Of a DNA stretch of 64,000 nt, positions 15,114 to 28,745 are shown in pieces. The DNA is from the human T2T-CHM13v2.0 reference genome, Homo sapiens: the NCBI RefSeq assembly GCF_009914755.1, contig NC_060931.1; one strand, 5' to 3'. The notes beneath the pieces were generated by a model. The model was given only the letters and a program-made list of their open reading frames with translations, did no database searches and had not been told where the DNA came from. Made by a program: the position numbers and the translations under genes. Within the stretch, counting starts at the first letter, position 1. The number at the start of each line of letters is the position of its first letter.

Positions 15114-16292
15114 TTATATATATATATATGTGTATATATATATATGTACACACACACAATTTTTATATATACATAATATATATAATGTGAATATGCATCT
15201 ATTTGTATGAGTATTGTTGCATGATGTCTTGCCAGAATAGTAGAAGGAAATGTTTTGCAACTCTGGAGAAACTTATATGAATCATAAACATAAAGTAACT
15301 TGTAAGAAGAGGACAAACTATCAGAAGTCCCCTAATTACCTTTGAAGAAAGTCATTTATATTATTTAGTCTCAATAAAGATATATGTTTTTATATAAGGA
15401 AAAAACAGTAAATCCGACAATAATATCTGTTTATAGTTTCGATGCCACACCCCACAAAAATAATAAGCTGAGATAGCTGAAGAGGCAAAGGTGCAGCACT
15501 GTTTATAACAACAACTGGGAATCCCTTCCTTCAAACCCAGACTCCTCCTGTAGCTATGAAATATGAATTACCTAAATCTAACAAAAAATTTACAAATATC
15601 TATTCTAATTTGTAGTTGAAGGAGACCTGTCTTTGCATCCTTTATTCTTATGAAGTCTTTGTGTTTGGCACTAAGTGAAGTCCATGATGAAGTTTCTTTA
15701 TTATATCTTTATTAAATTCTCATCCATTGTTATTTAAATAATTGGAGTACAAATCTGAGCAAAACAACCTTATAAAATACTTTTTGATAAATAAGACAAA
15801 TAAATCTAAAGAATAAAACTATTTGTAAACTGTAAACATGTTCATTTGAATTACAATTTAGTTTTATAATTAATACAAAATATACTACCTGAGCCTGTAA
15901 TAAAGTCCTGTTATAAAGAATTTTAAAATTCCTTTATTGGACAAAAGTCTCAGGTTAATGTGATAGCAATAATGGTTAAAATAGGAAAAGATATCATAGT
16001 GATCAAATGTAAAGGAATTCTTTTTAATATCAATATATAACCTTAGAAGACATTAAGATTATGTTAGCAATAATAGCTAAGATTAAGCACTAAGATGAAG
16101 CTTAATGTATAAAATTTAATATTCTTGGCTAGTGTGCCAAGAAATATGTGAACTGGTCATTGGATTGGCTGTGGAGGAAAACGTGTCAGCTTCTTCTCAG
16201 GCTAGGAAGTCTTTGTTAATTTTCTCCGAGGAATAACATTACTTTCATATCTTAACTAGAATAAGTGCATGAAGTCCTTTTCTGACATTTTC

Positions 16293-16578
16293 TTTTTTTT
16301 TTTTTCTTTTGTTTTTAGAGACAGAGTCTCACTCTGTCGCCCAGGCTGGTGTGCAGTGGCCCGATCTTGGCTTACTGCAGCTTCTGCCTCCCGGGTTCAA
16401 GTGATTTTCTTGCATTACAGGCATGCGCCATCATACCTGGCTAATTTTTGTATTTTTACTATAGATGGGGTTTTCGCCATGTTTGCCAGGATGGTTTCAA
16501 ACTCCTGATCTCAAGTGATCCACCCACTTCAGCCTCCCAAAATGCTAGGATTACAGGTGTGAGCCACTGCACCTGGGC
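16293..16578 (-). mobile_element. AluS-like SINE with small internal deletion
   Basis: TSD TTCTGACATTTTC at 16280-16292 and 16579-16591. The CTCAGCCTCCCGAGTAGCTGGG segment is missing at about 16413. Confidence 0.94.
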
Positions 16579-16745
16579 TTCTGACATTTTCAGTAGTTGC
16601 ATATCAGATGTGCAACAAATGACAACTCTGTATTGATTAACGAAAAAGCATACCCACTTACTAAATTACTAACATACTATGATTAGTCCAAGTGAACCCC
16701 ATCAATTTGTTTGCTGTCTGTACCTCTGTGTGTGGGCATATGAAC

Positions 16746-16774
16746 GTGTGTGTGTGTGTGTGCGTGTGTGTGTG
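16746..16774. repeat. (TG)n microsatellite
   Basis: Direct reading. Confidence 0.9.
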
Positions 16775-17139
16775 CATGAGTAGGGGGTAATGTTTCTAGA
16801 CTATTGCCAATGATGGCAGTAAAAGTTGTTTAATGAACTAAATATGGACACGTGCAGCTTTTATTGTTATTTAAATAATTTGGTTGACAAAGTTATTTAT
16901 TTTTACTTTCTGGAAGAGTAAAATGTCTCCCCTGAGCTAAGCATAATTCAGTTGTTTTCTTCCTTCATGAAATGGGTTTATAATTGTGTAACAAACCGTG
17001 GTGATTTGGACAATCAGTAATGCATTGTTGCTGCATGAGGAGGGTTCTCTCTCTTATTTTTAGGTGGAGGGATTGCTCTTACTGTTTAAAGACAAAACTA
17101 TATAATATATACATTATATCTTGATTTTTAATTTTTCAG

Positions 17140-17171
17140 CTATCGGAATGTCTGAGCATATTGAAGGGTGA
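17140..17171 (+). CDS. Candidate terminal or penultimate coding exon of an unidentified gene (phase-1 frame xIGMSEHIEG*; other frames give LSECLSILKGD* or xYRNV*)
   Basis: Strong acceptor CTTGATTTTTAATTTTTCAG|C. All three frames stop within 36 nt. Followed by kilobases of repeat-poor AT-rich sequence. A possible donor AAGG|GTGACT lies at 17167/17168. Protein not recognised. Confidence 0.35.
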
Positions 17172-18101
17172 CTAGAATTTACTGCTTCACAAATAAGCAT
17201 TTTTCACATACTGTATTTTATTTGTCTTTTTCTGAGCATCTCTTTTTTATTTTCCCTCTCCTGACTGCAAATACTGCTACTGTAGAAGAAGGAAAAGTTA
17301 AGACTGAAATATAGTGTTAAAAATAAGGGTGGTTTGGGGTGAGAAATTTGTTGCCCCCATTCATTGTTCTGTCGATGCTGTCTTCTAGAGTTCTGGGATT
17401 TGTTAAACATCAATCAGGAATAAGTTTAAAAGAGTTGGTGATGCTGGCTCTGCTTCTACCACGGAAAATGTAGAAATGTCAATGATAAATCTTATCCTAG
17501 GAGGAAAAACATGCTACATTATTGAAAACTTCAAAAGTTTTCTGTCCCTTACTTCTCTGAAAGAACTATTAAAAGATCAGGATCAGTGCAGGTTGGAAGA
17601 ACTGAAGAACGTATGGAAGATATATTTCATGAAGAAAAAAATGTTAGGATACTGCAGGTTCCTTTCTACCACAAAACGAAACAGTCTGCAAGCCAGTATT
17701 TGGTGGGGAGAAAATAGATAATTCTCGGAGGAATAATAATATTTCTAAATTACAAAAAATAAACTGCCAGTGACTCCATGCCTCATATTATTTGGGGAAA
17801 GAATAATAGTAATAATGACAAATATTTTAGGGTAATTCCAAAGCCCTCCCTTTCCCTGGAAGAGAAAAGATTATTCATTTGAAGAATTGTTAACCAGCTG
17901 GTAACTTCCATTTCGTTTAGTTTGGAGAAGGAGGAATTTTTAGAACGAAAAAGCTTAATAAACCACATCTACTTTTACTTCTTTGCTACTGCTAGGTTTC
18001 CCTCACTTAATTTTTTTCAGTGACTGTAATTAAGTTCTCCTCAGGCTTCTGTGATTAGAGGTTATTTTCACCATTCAAAAAATAAGCAGCCACATTTATG
18101 A

Positions 18102-18536
18102 GGCCAAGTGTGGGTGGCTCACGCCTGTAATCCCAGCACATCGGAAGGCCGAGGCGGGCCGATCATTTGAGACCAGGAGTTCGAGATCAGCCTGGCTAAA
18201 ATGGTGAAACCCCATCTCTACTAAAAATACAAAAATTAGTCAGTCATGGTGGCACATGCCTAGAGTGCAGCACGTTGGAAGGCTGAGGTGGGCAGATCAT
18301 TTGAGGCCAGGAGTTTGAGACCAGCTTGGCCAACATGGTGAAACCCCCGTCTCTAGTAAACATACAAAAATTAGCTGGGTGTGGTGGCACATGCCTGTAG
18401 TCCCAGCCATTCAGGAGGCTGAGGCAGGAGAATTGCTTGAACCCAGTAGGCATAGGGTGCATTGAGCCAAGATCACACCACTGCCCTCCAGCTTGGGTGA
18501 CCGAGTGAGACTCCATCTCAATTAAAAAAAAAAAAA
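18102..18536 (+). mobile_element. AluS-like element with duplicated left arm (left-left-right trimer)
   Basis: Two consecutive left arms, each ending in a TACTAAAAATACAAAAATTAG-like linker, then a right arm and poly-A. TSD AGC(C/T)ACATTTAT at 18088-18099 and 18537-18548. Confidence 0.92.
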
Positions 18537-19520
18537 AGCTACATTTATACTTGGTGCGGAAAAAAGTTCTCTGTAGCTTCTTCTCCTTACTTTCATTAAA
18601 TCAATTTTGCATGAAATTTGGAGTGTTGTACTACAGGATATCACAAAGGAAATGCAAACTTATTTGATTTAGGATAGTTTTTTAAGAAATACTTTTTTAA
18701 GAGTCAATATTTTTAAGTCTTGCATTGTAGTTTAAGATGCTTCTTTAGTTTTCTCACTTTCTGGTAAAATTTTAAATTGAAATACCTTGGATTATACATT
18801 CAATAGAAAAGAAATGTGCGGTAGATCAACTGTGTATCATTGAAAGTAATAAATGATCATCCATTCATTGCATGCTGTATTCCTGGGTTAAAACTGTGTC
18901 CATTAGTGCTTGAGTCTGAAAGATACACACCTGTCCTTAAAGTGTAATTTCATATTTGTTTGGAATAAGTCTAGGAGGTAAGGAAGTAGCTCCCAAATTC
19001 AAACTTCTGAGCTAAAAAAAAAAAAAATCTGTTAATTTAATGACCCTAGAGAGAATGATAAATAGAGCAGGGATCATTTATAGTGTAAGTTTTCATATTT
19101 AAGCATTATTATTATGGATTTTTAAATTTAACATAGTTTCCAAAGATGATGTTGAAATTTAAAGAAATAAAGTAACTCCTGACAAATCTAGTATTTAGTT
19201 TGTGGTACATAGTTCTCAAGTTAGTGGAAAAAAATCCATGTCCCTTTACTGGAGATTAAAAAAAAAGAAGAAGGAAAAAAAACCCATAGAGAAACTGGGT
19301 TCAAATTTTAGATAAATGTTTTATCGGGTTGGAGTTGATATTTACATTCCAAATGAGTTTTTCTTCCAAACAAACTGATTTTTGTCAATTAAGATAATGT
19401 ATTTACTTCATTTATGAAGTGATACCTTTAATTTTTAAAGATCGAAAATGATCATAAATGAGAATCAGGTTTTGTGAGCTAGAATGTACAACTTGTAGAT
19501 TTTTAAATAAAGGATATCTC

Positions 19521-19563
19521 TGTGTGTGTGTGTGTATATATATATTTTATATATATAGAAATC

Positions 19564-19590
<27 letters not shown>
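19521..19590. repeat. (TG)n(TA)n compound microsatellite
   Basis: Direct reading. Confidence 0.9.
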
Positions 19591-19596
<6 letters not shown>

Positions 19597-22500
19597 CCAA
19601 GTATGACTTCATACTTGTTTATCTTTCAAGATTTTAAAGGTGTTCCTAATATTTTACACAAAAGCATGAGCACTAGATATGGTTGCAAAATACTGGGTGA
19701 TGAGTTATACTGCCATTCTCTGCTTTCCTGTGAACTCCTTTATTTGTATAGTAGCTATATGCTCAGACGTTGAAAATATAAGAAGTGAAGTACCCTGAAA
19801 AGTATCACATGATGGCACTGTTTCCATTTCCACATCCAATATTATGAAATAAAGCTATAATAAACTGGTATTAAGAATGGGGTATAATGCCAGTGTATTT
19901 TGTATAATTTATGTAAAATAAAAATCTAACCACTATGGTTATTAATATGGGTACTAAAGTGAATTCATAGATTTTTCACAAAATGTTTTGTAAAAGCTTG
20001 CATTTCTATAATGTCTATAATTTAGATCACAAAGAAACAATTTATCTAGATATTAACAATTTTAGTAACACGGAAAACAGCTTCATTAATTACTTGAGTT
20101 GCTTTACAAACTATTTTTTAAAATAGTATATTTTATGTTATATTTCAGTTTTAATTGGGAAGAAATAACGCTGTATCATACATGAGATTTATCTGTGGCA
20201 AATATGACCATTTGCATGGAATTATTTCCGAAGAATGCAAAGAAAGTGTATAAATAATATTGAAAAGTACATGGATCAGTGGTTGAAGGGATCAAGCACA
20301 ATTTTAAAGTGAACAAAATTTAAATGTGGCCAACCTGAATATTTAAAGGGTTCATTAATCTGAGAAATGTAAATGTTAAATGGTGTGTGATTTCAACTAC
20401 CATTATTTATTATGGTAAACAGTCTTTCCTATATAATAGGCATGAAAAAATGGTGTGGAGTGATTATCATCTCAGGAATGAGAGTACAATAATTTTCTAT
20501 TCCTAACAAAAAAGAAAAAAAAATGATCAAAATGTGATGTGATATATAGTGAAGTACTATGTAGATGTGGATGTTTAAAGATGAACCAAGCATCAGGATT
20601 TCACCAAATTTTATCTATAATAATGAATTAATAATAGTGGATATAGATACATCTTCCCAGTGGCATGAGTGTGGTAAAAAAGATACAAAGCTCTATGGAC
20701 TTGAAATGATGCCCCTCTAGTGATGTTAAAGAACCTAATGGCCAGAATTTGGAAGTGCAGCAAGTGAGTGCTGTAAGAATATTTTTAAATGTGATCAGTT
20801 TATATTTGTTTTAATATGACAGAAAAAATACTTTGCACAATTTTCCTTTTAATTCATCTGTGAACTTGTCTCGGGGGGAAAACATACATGTGAAGTGTTC
20901 TTACTGTATTCTTTTAAAAATAAATATGAAAAATAATCATGCAGGTAAACCAATTCCAAATATTTATCTTAACGACATCCCCAAAATCTTAAAGGTATAT
21001 ACTAGGCATAAACCTTAAACCTTTAATCACAGTGGAGATAAATTCCTCCTACAAAAAGAAATGTGTAAAGTAGAACTAACTATTCTGATATATTATTCTA
21101 TGTAATCATTTCTCAAGTCTGTCTTTAAACAAATAGTTACATCTTATTATAAAGACAATAAATAAATACATTTTCCTAGAAATCCATCTTGAAATAAGGA
21201 TTTCTTGCACCCTAGTTTCAAGAATACACTGGTGTCCTATCACCTCCTTTGGGAAAGTGACAGTTTGCATAATACTTTTCACATAAGAGAAAAATTTAAA
21301 TAATGATATTGAGGAAATTGTTGAAACATTGCCTAATGGTATAGTAACAAAAAGTATTCATAAATCTGTACTGTAGAAGAGAAAATATACACTACAATAA
21401 TCTGTTCATTTGTCTTAGAAGAGGGGAGAAAAAAACCCAGAATACTGAAATAGGAAATTTCCATGTTCACTGTATTTCACCATGCAAATCACTTGCAATT
21501 TCCAAATGCCAGTGTTACTTTTCAGGACAAATTTCACACAAAAGGAATTCAGTGATTATTCATCCAGTTTAATAATTCAATTAAATAAGTCTGATGCTGT
21601 CAGGTGTTCTTTTAATAATTGAATCAACATGCAGATACATAATAAGCATAAAAGCGTTTCTATGGCTGCAGTTAATTTAGATCCAAAAGAATCTGCTGCT
21701 CCTCTACATTTGATATAGATTATTCTATAATATTTCAGTAATGGGTTGCACAAAGGCTGGCTTTTAATTCTTTGCTTTCTCGAATGTCTTTATATATAAT
21801 GGTTTAAAACAGAAGGTGTTCAAGAGAGGGTGACCTTTTTTCCATTACCATGGTTCCTGTCATTAATGCATTATAATTTTCTTTAGAAGTCTGGAAAAAT
21901 GTGTATGTGTGCAGTACGTAGCAGGTATGAATCAAAGTGTGTCAGTGAAAGTTTAGAATTGTCTGTTATTACTTTTTAAAAGAAAAGATTCATGGGACAC
22001 GTTTTATTGTTCTCAATATATATTTATTTTTCTTACTATGAGCGATTCAACTATTTTTACATATTCTAATAAGACTTAAAATTTTGGATTTTTATGCTGT
22101 AATAGTCATCTTACTAATATTCTAAAAATAATATGTATTATAACTAAATTTAAAACAAAGAGGAGAGTGGTTCTTATTTTTATTTTTGCATAAATATAAC
22201 CTCACATACAGTATTAAGTTATAAAAGGATATTAATCATATATAAAGAATAAAGACTGGGGTAAATGGTTTACTTGGAGTTCTCAGCAGTTCCTGATGTC
22301 ATAATTATTGTAAATATTAATTGCTGTGCTAAAAATGTAAGCAAGCCGATTTTGTATTAGATGAAAAATGAAAATAGACTGTGTACTGGTAAATAGATAA
22401 TCATACAAAAGTAATTGGGGTTTTAAAACCCCAATCTATTCTGCCAGCATGAGCTCGTTTGCATGTTAATCACAAGAGTGATTTCCTACTTCACAAGGAA

Positions 22501-23378
22501 GTCCACACTCTTTCATAACCACTTTTAATTGCATTTAAAATGATACAGGTTTGTAACATTAGAAATGAAGGCATATCTGTGTCAAATTAATAAAAATGTC
22601 CCTGAAAATCTTTATAGACTATAAATACTCAAATATTTTAAGGACTTCTATTTTTAATTGGAATATGTAGAGGCCTATTATATATTTTGAGTGTTATTAA
22701 TGATAGCATAGCTTTGGTACAATGTGCCAATTTTAAAAGGTAGATCACTTAAAATATAGTTTTATTATATTTTCAATTATGTGGAATTTTCTTTAATTTT
22801 AATATGCAAGTACTTACACTGAAACTTAATTTTAAATTTTTACAATAAAATATGAGCTTACAATAAAAGAATGTAACATTGAAATTTTGTAGATTACTTA
22901 GTTTTTATAAATTCTTAAGGCAAATGACTTCATCATTCAATCCTCCCTGGATGCACACACTCTCAGTATAAAATTTTTATGAGCAATAATAAGCTTTTCA
23001 ATAACAAAATTTAATGTTGAAAGTTATTAACTATTTTCAACTATATTATTTTAGTATTAACTAAAAGCATTTTATTACTAATAGTAAATATTAAAATTAT
23101 CATTTAAAAACTATGAAATAAGAAAATGTGCTAAATCAAAAAATATTTTTGACTTAAAAATCATCAATGTCATGTTTCCAGTACCAATGTAAATGATATT
23201 TTATGGTTCATATCCTGAAAATTTCTTTTACTCTGTCATACATAATAAGTAAATGTCAGATTAAGACAAAATTATTTATTTGCAGAGCATAAGAAAGGAT
23301 TGCATTTTTTGGTAAATTCACTAAGAGTGTAGTCTGATCAAATCACAAAAATACAAAAACTGAGTTCTTGTCAAGATG

Positions 23379-23380
<2 letters not shown>

Positions 23381-23410
<30 letters not shown>
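23381..23410. repeat. (CA)n microsatellite
   Basis: Direct reading. Confidence 0.95.
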
Positions 23411-23411
<1 letters not shown>

Positions 23412-24062
23412 CTACATACATATTTGATGAAAAGTTTGATAATTAAAGAAAAAGTCACAATTTAAAAGGGTATATTTGCCATAATCACCAGGTGTTATTT
23501 CTAATATAAATGACAAAGATGATGTTTCTATAATATAGCTTTCCATGCTCTGGAGATTAAAACTACCAAAACAGATCTATGAAATTTTTCATGGGGAGGG
23601 TCCACAAGGGATGATAAGCCAATATTTCTTGTCCCATATTCCAGATGTTTTATGTAGTTCTGCATCTTTCTAAACTAAATTGTAGCTTTTCCAGAAAAAA
23701 GTGTACTATTGAGACTGAGATGAAAGGCAAGAGCTGTTGAAATGTTAATTTTACTATCTACTGTTGAGGTCTGCAACCTTTTCTGTATTTTTTCTTACTC
23801 CCAGTGGCTCAGTTCTGTTTTATGAATGTTGTGGTATTTCAGTTGTTTGAAGTTTATAAACTAAGAGCATGATTTTGTCTTAATAAAACTGAGTGCAACA
23901 TGGTATATGATAATGTGATAAACTTAGTGATTCCCTCTTTAGACTTTGATGTAGTAAGAATGATTTAAATGTTATTAAATGTGATTTAAATGATCATCAG
24001 CAATATAGTAATGAATATAATTAGTGTTGTTTTGCTTTTGCTTTTTGTGAACTTTTTTTTAG

Positions 24063-24093
24063 AAGTTCGACAGATGATAACATAAGGAAGTAA
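24063..24093 (+). CDS. Candidate alternative terminal coding exon (xSSTDDNIRK*)
   Basis: Long polypyrimidine tract TTTTGCTTTTGCTTTTTGTGAACTTTTTTTTAG|A with a tandem TAG/AAG acceptor. In frame with a 17167 donor (GG+A = Gly). Confidence 0.3.
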
Positions 24094-27000
24094 ATGATTG
24101 GTAGAAATTACCCTTTTTCTTTCGTATGTTTAGTTTTACTGTTTGGATTTTTTGCTACATCATGGGTCCAACAGAACATTTCCTGAAGCTTTACTTTATT
24201 TCAGGAGCAGCTGGGTGTGGTGTTAGTAACACCCTTATGAGATAATCAACCTGAGAGAGGTGTCTTGATTCTCCAGTATCAAATCCTTGCGTTGGTATAG
24301 GACATGTTATAACTTTTTAATTCTTATATTCCTTTTTGTGAGTTCATAACTATTTTTGTGACTGTATTTACAAATCCCTGTGTTAAAAGCATCCAATTTC
24401 CCCTTTTTTTGGAATCTGTTGCTCTTTTAAAGTCAGAGTAAGATACAGTTTTTTTATGATTACCTAGAATTAAAGCTCATTTATACAAAGGTCTTTTACA
24501 AGATAGGGATTCTTATACTTTTTAATATTTTATGTAGTAGGTGAATATAATTGAGTTTATGTTTCTGCAGTAGTTTGCTTTGCCTTGCTTTTGCTCAGCA
24601 AGTTGTTTGGCACAATAAAAATATTTAAAAAAGGAGTCATTTTCAGTTGGCCATTTGACTTTAAATAGCAACTGGTAGTGTCCAATCTCTATAATCAATT
24701 CAGTCAAAAAAAACCTCCAAAACCATTTAAACCCAATAATTTAATTAAGGAAATGCTAGGAAAACCTGTATTTTATTTGGGTTAGAGCTTAATAAGAAAC
24801 CATGTGATAGTGATTTCTTCTGATCCCACAATGCTGTTTTATATAATTGCTTGGTTTCACTTGAAATTGTGAAGATGATGATGTCAGTAAATTAGAGACT
24901 GAGTAGCTTTTATTATGAGGGCATCTATGTGTTGCCATATCACCTGGAAAAAGTATGACTTATAATTAAATGCATGTATAGACACACTAAGGGACATAAA
25001 GAATATATTAGCCCTTGTGTTGTGGTCACAGAAAAAATGTGCCAAAATAGATGGTAAATATATTTTCTTTGATTACTTTCCATATCATTCAATTAAATAT
25101 TTGCCATATATTTTGTTAATTTTGGTCTTAAAATTCAGGTACATAACTATTTTAATTCAAACTTGCTATTAAAGGTTGACATTTTCAACCTTTTTTGCAA
25201 AATAATTTTGCAAAGTGCCTCACCTAACTTTGTACAATATAAGACTTGGAGGTCCTCTAACCACTGTGGTGTGATTTTGTAGTCAGTAGCATTTGTCGAT
25301 AATACTTTTTGAAGTTTACAGTTATAAAAGTTGGATATTTGTCACATTTATTTTGCAATTAAAATATTACTCCCTGTGATTGCACCCCCACTGTGTTGCA
25401 ACACCACCCTAAGAATTAAACTTCTAGAGTGTTAACTTATTCTTGTAAAAATCAGTGTAACCTTATGAGCTTCAAGGATCCCTTAAACATTCTGTGTTTG
25501 GATGGATTATCTTAATGGATGATATTTGAATACATATTTTCATTTTAATTAAGCCCCCCTACTTAAAATCTAAAATATCCTTAGAGGTAAGCTAAGTGCT
25601 TAATGTACTGTAGTTAAGCTTTTTATTTTAAAAAAATATTCTGATGACTGAGAAAATAAATGAAATCTGCACTTCGTTTTAACTTATTTATCTGGAAAGC
25701 ATAAATTATTACTTAGCACTGAATAATCGCATACCACATACTCTGAACTATATCATTTTAAAATTGATGTATCCTTTATTTTCTTCTTCTTAAAATCAAG
25801 TAATGTCAGGATCCTCAGAACTATCATATATTTAGCAGCAGCCAAGATATTAATAAGCAAGGATGAGGCTGACCGTTAGAATGGTATAAAATATGCCTAA
25901 ATGCAATGTTTTCTAACTCAGTAAGACATCGTCTTTATTTTTCAGTTGCCCCCAAAGAGTGAGTATTATCATGTAGTGTCTGACATGTAGCAAAAACATA
26001 TATAGTATGTTTGGGAACAATCTTATGATTGATTAAATAAATGGAGATAGATAAATAGACATACAAAAAGAAGACAAGACAGATAAATTGATATCTCCAG
26101 GGTTGTTTAAAAACAAACAAAAAATCTAACAGCATGCCCAGGAGGATGATTTCCCTAATATGAACATCAAATGTGTTTAAAAATAATTCATTATTTAAAC
26201 AAATGCCAGTAGGTGTTGATGGCCTATAACTACTAACTGTAGTAATCAGAAATAATGATCCATCAGGTAATTTTCATTTCTCTATTTCTTTCACTGGAGA
26301 ACTTCTTTATATTTTATTTTCTAGGTCTCATTTTTTTCTTCCTAACCTAAAGAAAGATACGTTCATTCCCTCATTAGCTAACTACACCATTTTAAGGAAT
26401 CTTTTCCCCTTCTTCACCTTTATGGTTTACACTTTGACTGAATCAACTTCCAGGCCAAAATGACATTTTATAGTCTGCTCATAAACTTATCCACCTGACA
26501 GTAGTTTTGACTGCTCAAAGGAACCACTGCCAAAGTCTACTTGATTCTTATGGCTAGATTGGAAGCTGATTATCAGGAATTTAGGGTTCTATTCCTGTCC
26601 GGGGACCCAACCTTCTTTATGCCTCATTTTGCACCTCGATAAAATGGGTAACTAAGTCCTTTGAGGCTGTAATATTCCCTGCCAAAGGCTTTAAATAAGT
26701 GTAAGGTGTTACTGCTCATTGATTCACAAAGTTTTTTAAGGTGTTATTGCTGTTACTTGAGTAACAGGAAAGAACCTTCTTGAACTTGGAAAGACCAACC
26801 AATAACTTCCATTTTGACTATTCCTTTTATTTTATGAAGTTCAAATCAATAAACTTTCAGTGGTTTTAAATGTAAATTATTATATAAGTAATACAAAATC
26901 ATCTAAATCTCCAAATTTGTCTATAATAATATAGTATTACACATGATAGTATTTATATAATACCTCTTAAATACTTAAACATAAAAGTTTATTCAATATA

Positions 27001-28289
27001 GTTATAGTTCCAAGAATAGCCTATCATATCTTAATTCCTGAATACAGACTTTCCTAATCATTGGACCTTTTCATATTTTATCTTATTACATTTATAAACA
27101 TATTTACTTATAAAAATGAGAAAATACTTTAGATAAATACCTAGAAGTTAGCTAAATAACTAAGAGTTAATTATGAGGTTAAATGACACCCATTTTGAAG
27201 GCTTTGAATAGCTGTTGTCAAACTGGTTTCAGATTCGAAAGAGCTTGATTGATAGGTGAATCTCAAAAGTGTATTTGTTTCACATCAAAGTTATTTTCTG
27301 TCCACTGTGGTTATTCCTGTCAAAAGCTTGTCCTTTCAACAGTCTTCTGTCTTTAACTATATTCTCAGTTCATCTCCTCTATGCCAATATTGAAAATAAA
27401 TTTTAGGGAGGTTAAAAAAGGGTTTCTAGAGAAATGATTAATGGTTATATGATAATGAACTATGCAGTCATAATATTTTATTGATTTTAACTTGTCATAT
27501 CAAACCAATTTACTTAAAGAAAAGTTTACTATGTTCTCACACTCTTTAGAGAAGAAATGTTCAGAAATCTAAAAATGCTTAAAATACTGACAACTGAATT
27601 TTGATGATATAAGCTAATTTTAAAGATAATTTATAAAGCAGTAACTTTACTGTACTTTTCTCCTTATCCCTACACCATAATTTGGGGATTAGCAAGTATT
27701 GTTTGTTTTTAATGTCATCTCTAGAACTAAGTATTGTCTGTATGAATGCCATTTGTATAATACTTCATGGTTTACAAACACTTCCCCATAATTACAGCAC
27801 ATTTTTTTTCTCAGCAATTTTAAAGGGATTACCCTCCCTACATCTTCTACATCTTATTCCTTGCCACCACTCCTGTGTTGTTGATGTAAATTTTGCTTAG
27901 AAAGGCAAGTAAACCAAGTAACCCAGCAGGTAAGGAAAACAATTAAAAATAAAATTATTTCATACTTACTCAAAGCTCACTGTGTTTTTACTGGCTACAT
28001 TGCTGCTCATTTATGTGGGATGAAAACACTACAAAAAGGGAGGGATAATGCAGAAGGGCAGGGAATAAAGTGAATTGGTGAAGAAAGGGAGGAAAAGAGA
28101 GATAGAGTTAGGCTCATTGTACTATTAAATTCTCTACTTCCTTACATTGTTTAATAAGTGTTAGTTACATAGAAAATGAAACCAATAATGATTTATATTA
28201 TGCCACAGTTTTTTAAAACTATCAGTTAACTCACCCTTAAGAAGATTGTTCTTGACTGAATGGTGATATTTAATTTGCATATGCACTTC

Positions 28290-28745
28290 TCTTAGCTTAG
28301 GGCCTTTGTGCTGTCTATTGCTTCCACCTTGAATGTATTTCTTTGAGATAGCTGCATGGCTAATTCCTTTACTTTCTTCAGAAATTTGCTCAATGTCACC
28401 TTCTTAATACAACTGCCTGGCCATTTTACTTAAAAATACAGTAGCCATTCCTTCCCTGGTTTTCCCAGTTCAACTTGCTATTTTCTAACCATTCTATTTA
28501 TCCGCAAATATTCTATATAATTTACTCATTTATGATGTTTATTGTCTTCCTCACCCCCACCTCCACCTCACACTAGAATGTAAGCCTCATGAGAGCAGGG
28601 ATTTTTGCACATTAATTTTTTTCTGACTATCTCCCTCCTCTAGAATATCAGCAAACAGCAGTGATTTTTGTCTGTTTCCTTCATTGATACATGCCTAGAA
28701 CATTACCTTGTATATAATTCTTGGTCAATATTTGTTTATCAAATT
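28290..28745 (+). mobile_element. L2 LINE 3' fragment
   Basis: CTTAGGGCCTTTGTGCTG...CACTAGAATGTAAGCCTCATGAGAGCAGGGATTTT...CAATATTTGTT. Confidence 0.8.

Larger units (their letters stand above)
17172..22870 (+). other. Putative long 3'UTR (repeat-poor, AU-rich, several AATAAA)
   Basis: Only one Alu and one microsatellite recognised in about 5.7 kb. AATAAA at 19848, 19859, 21157, 22844 and 22862. Strand and end point are inferred. Confidence 0.3.

Noticed and set aside
15684-15758. ATGATGA ... CTGA spaced like a C/D box snoRNA
   Set aside because: No terminal stem, no clear C'/D' boxes and no recognisable rRNA guide; expected by chance in AT-rich DNA.
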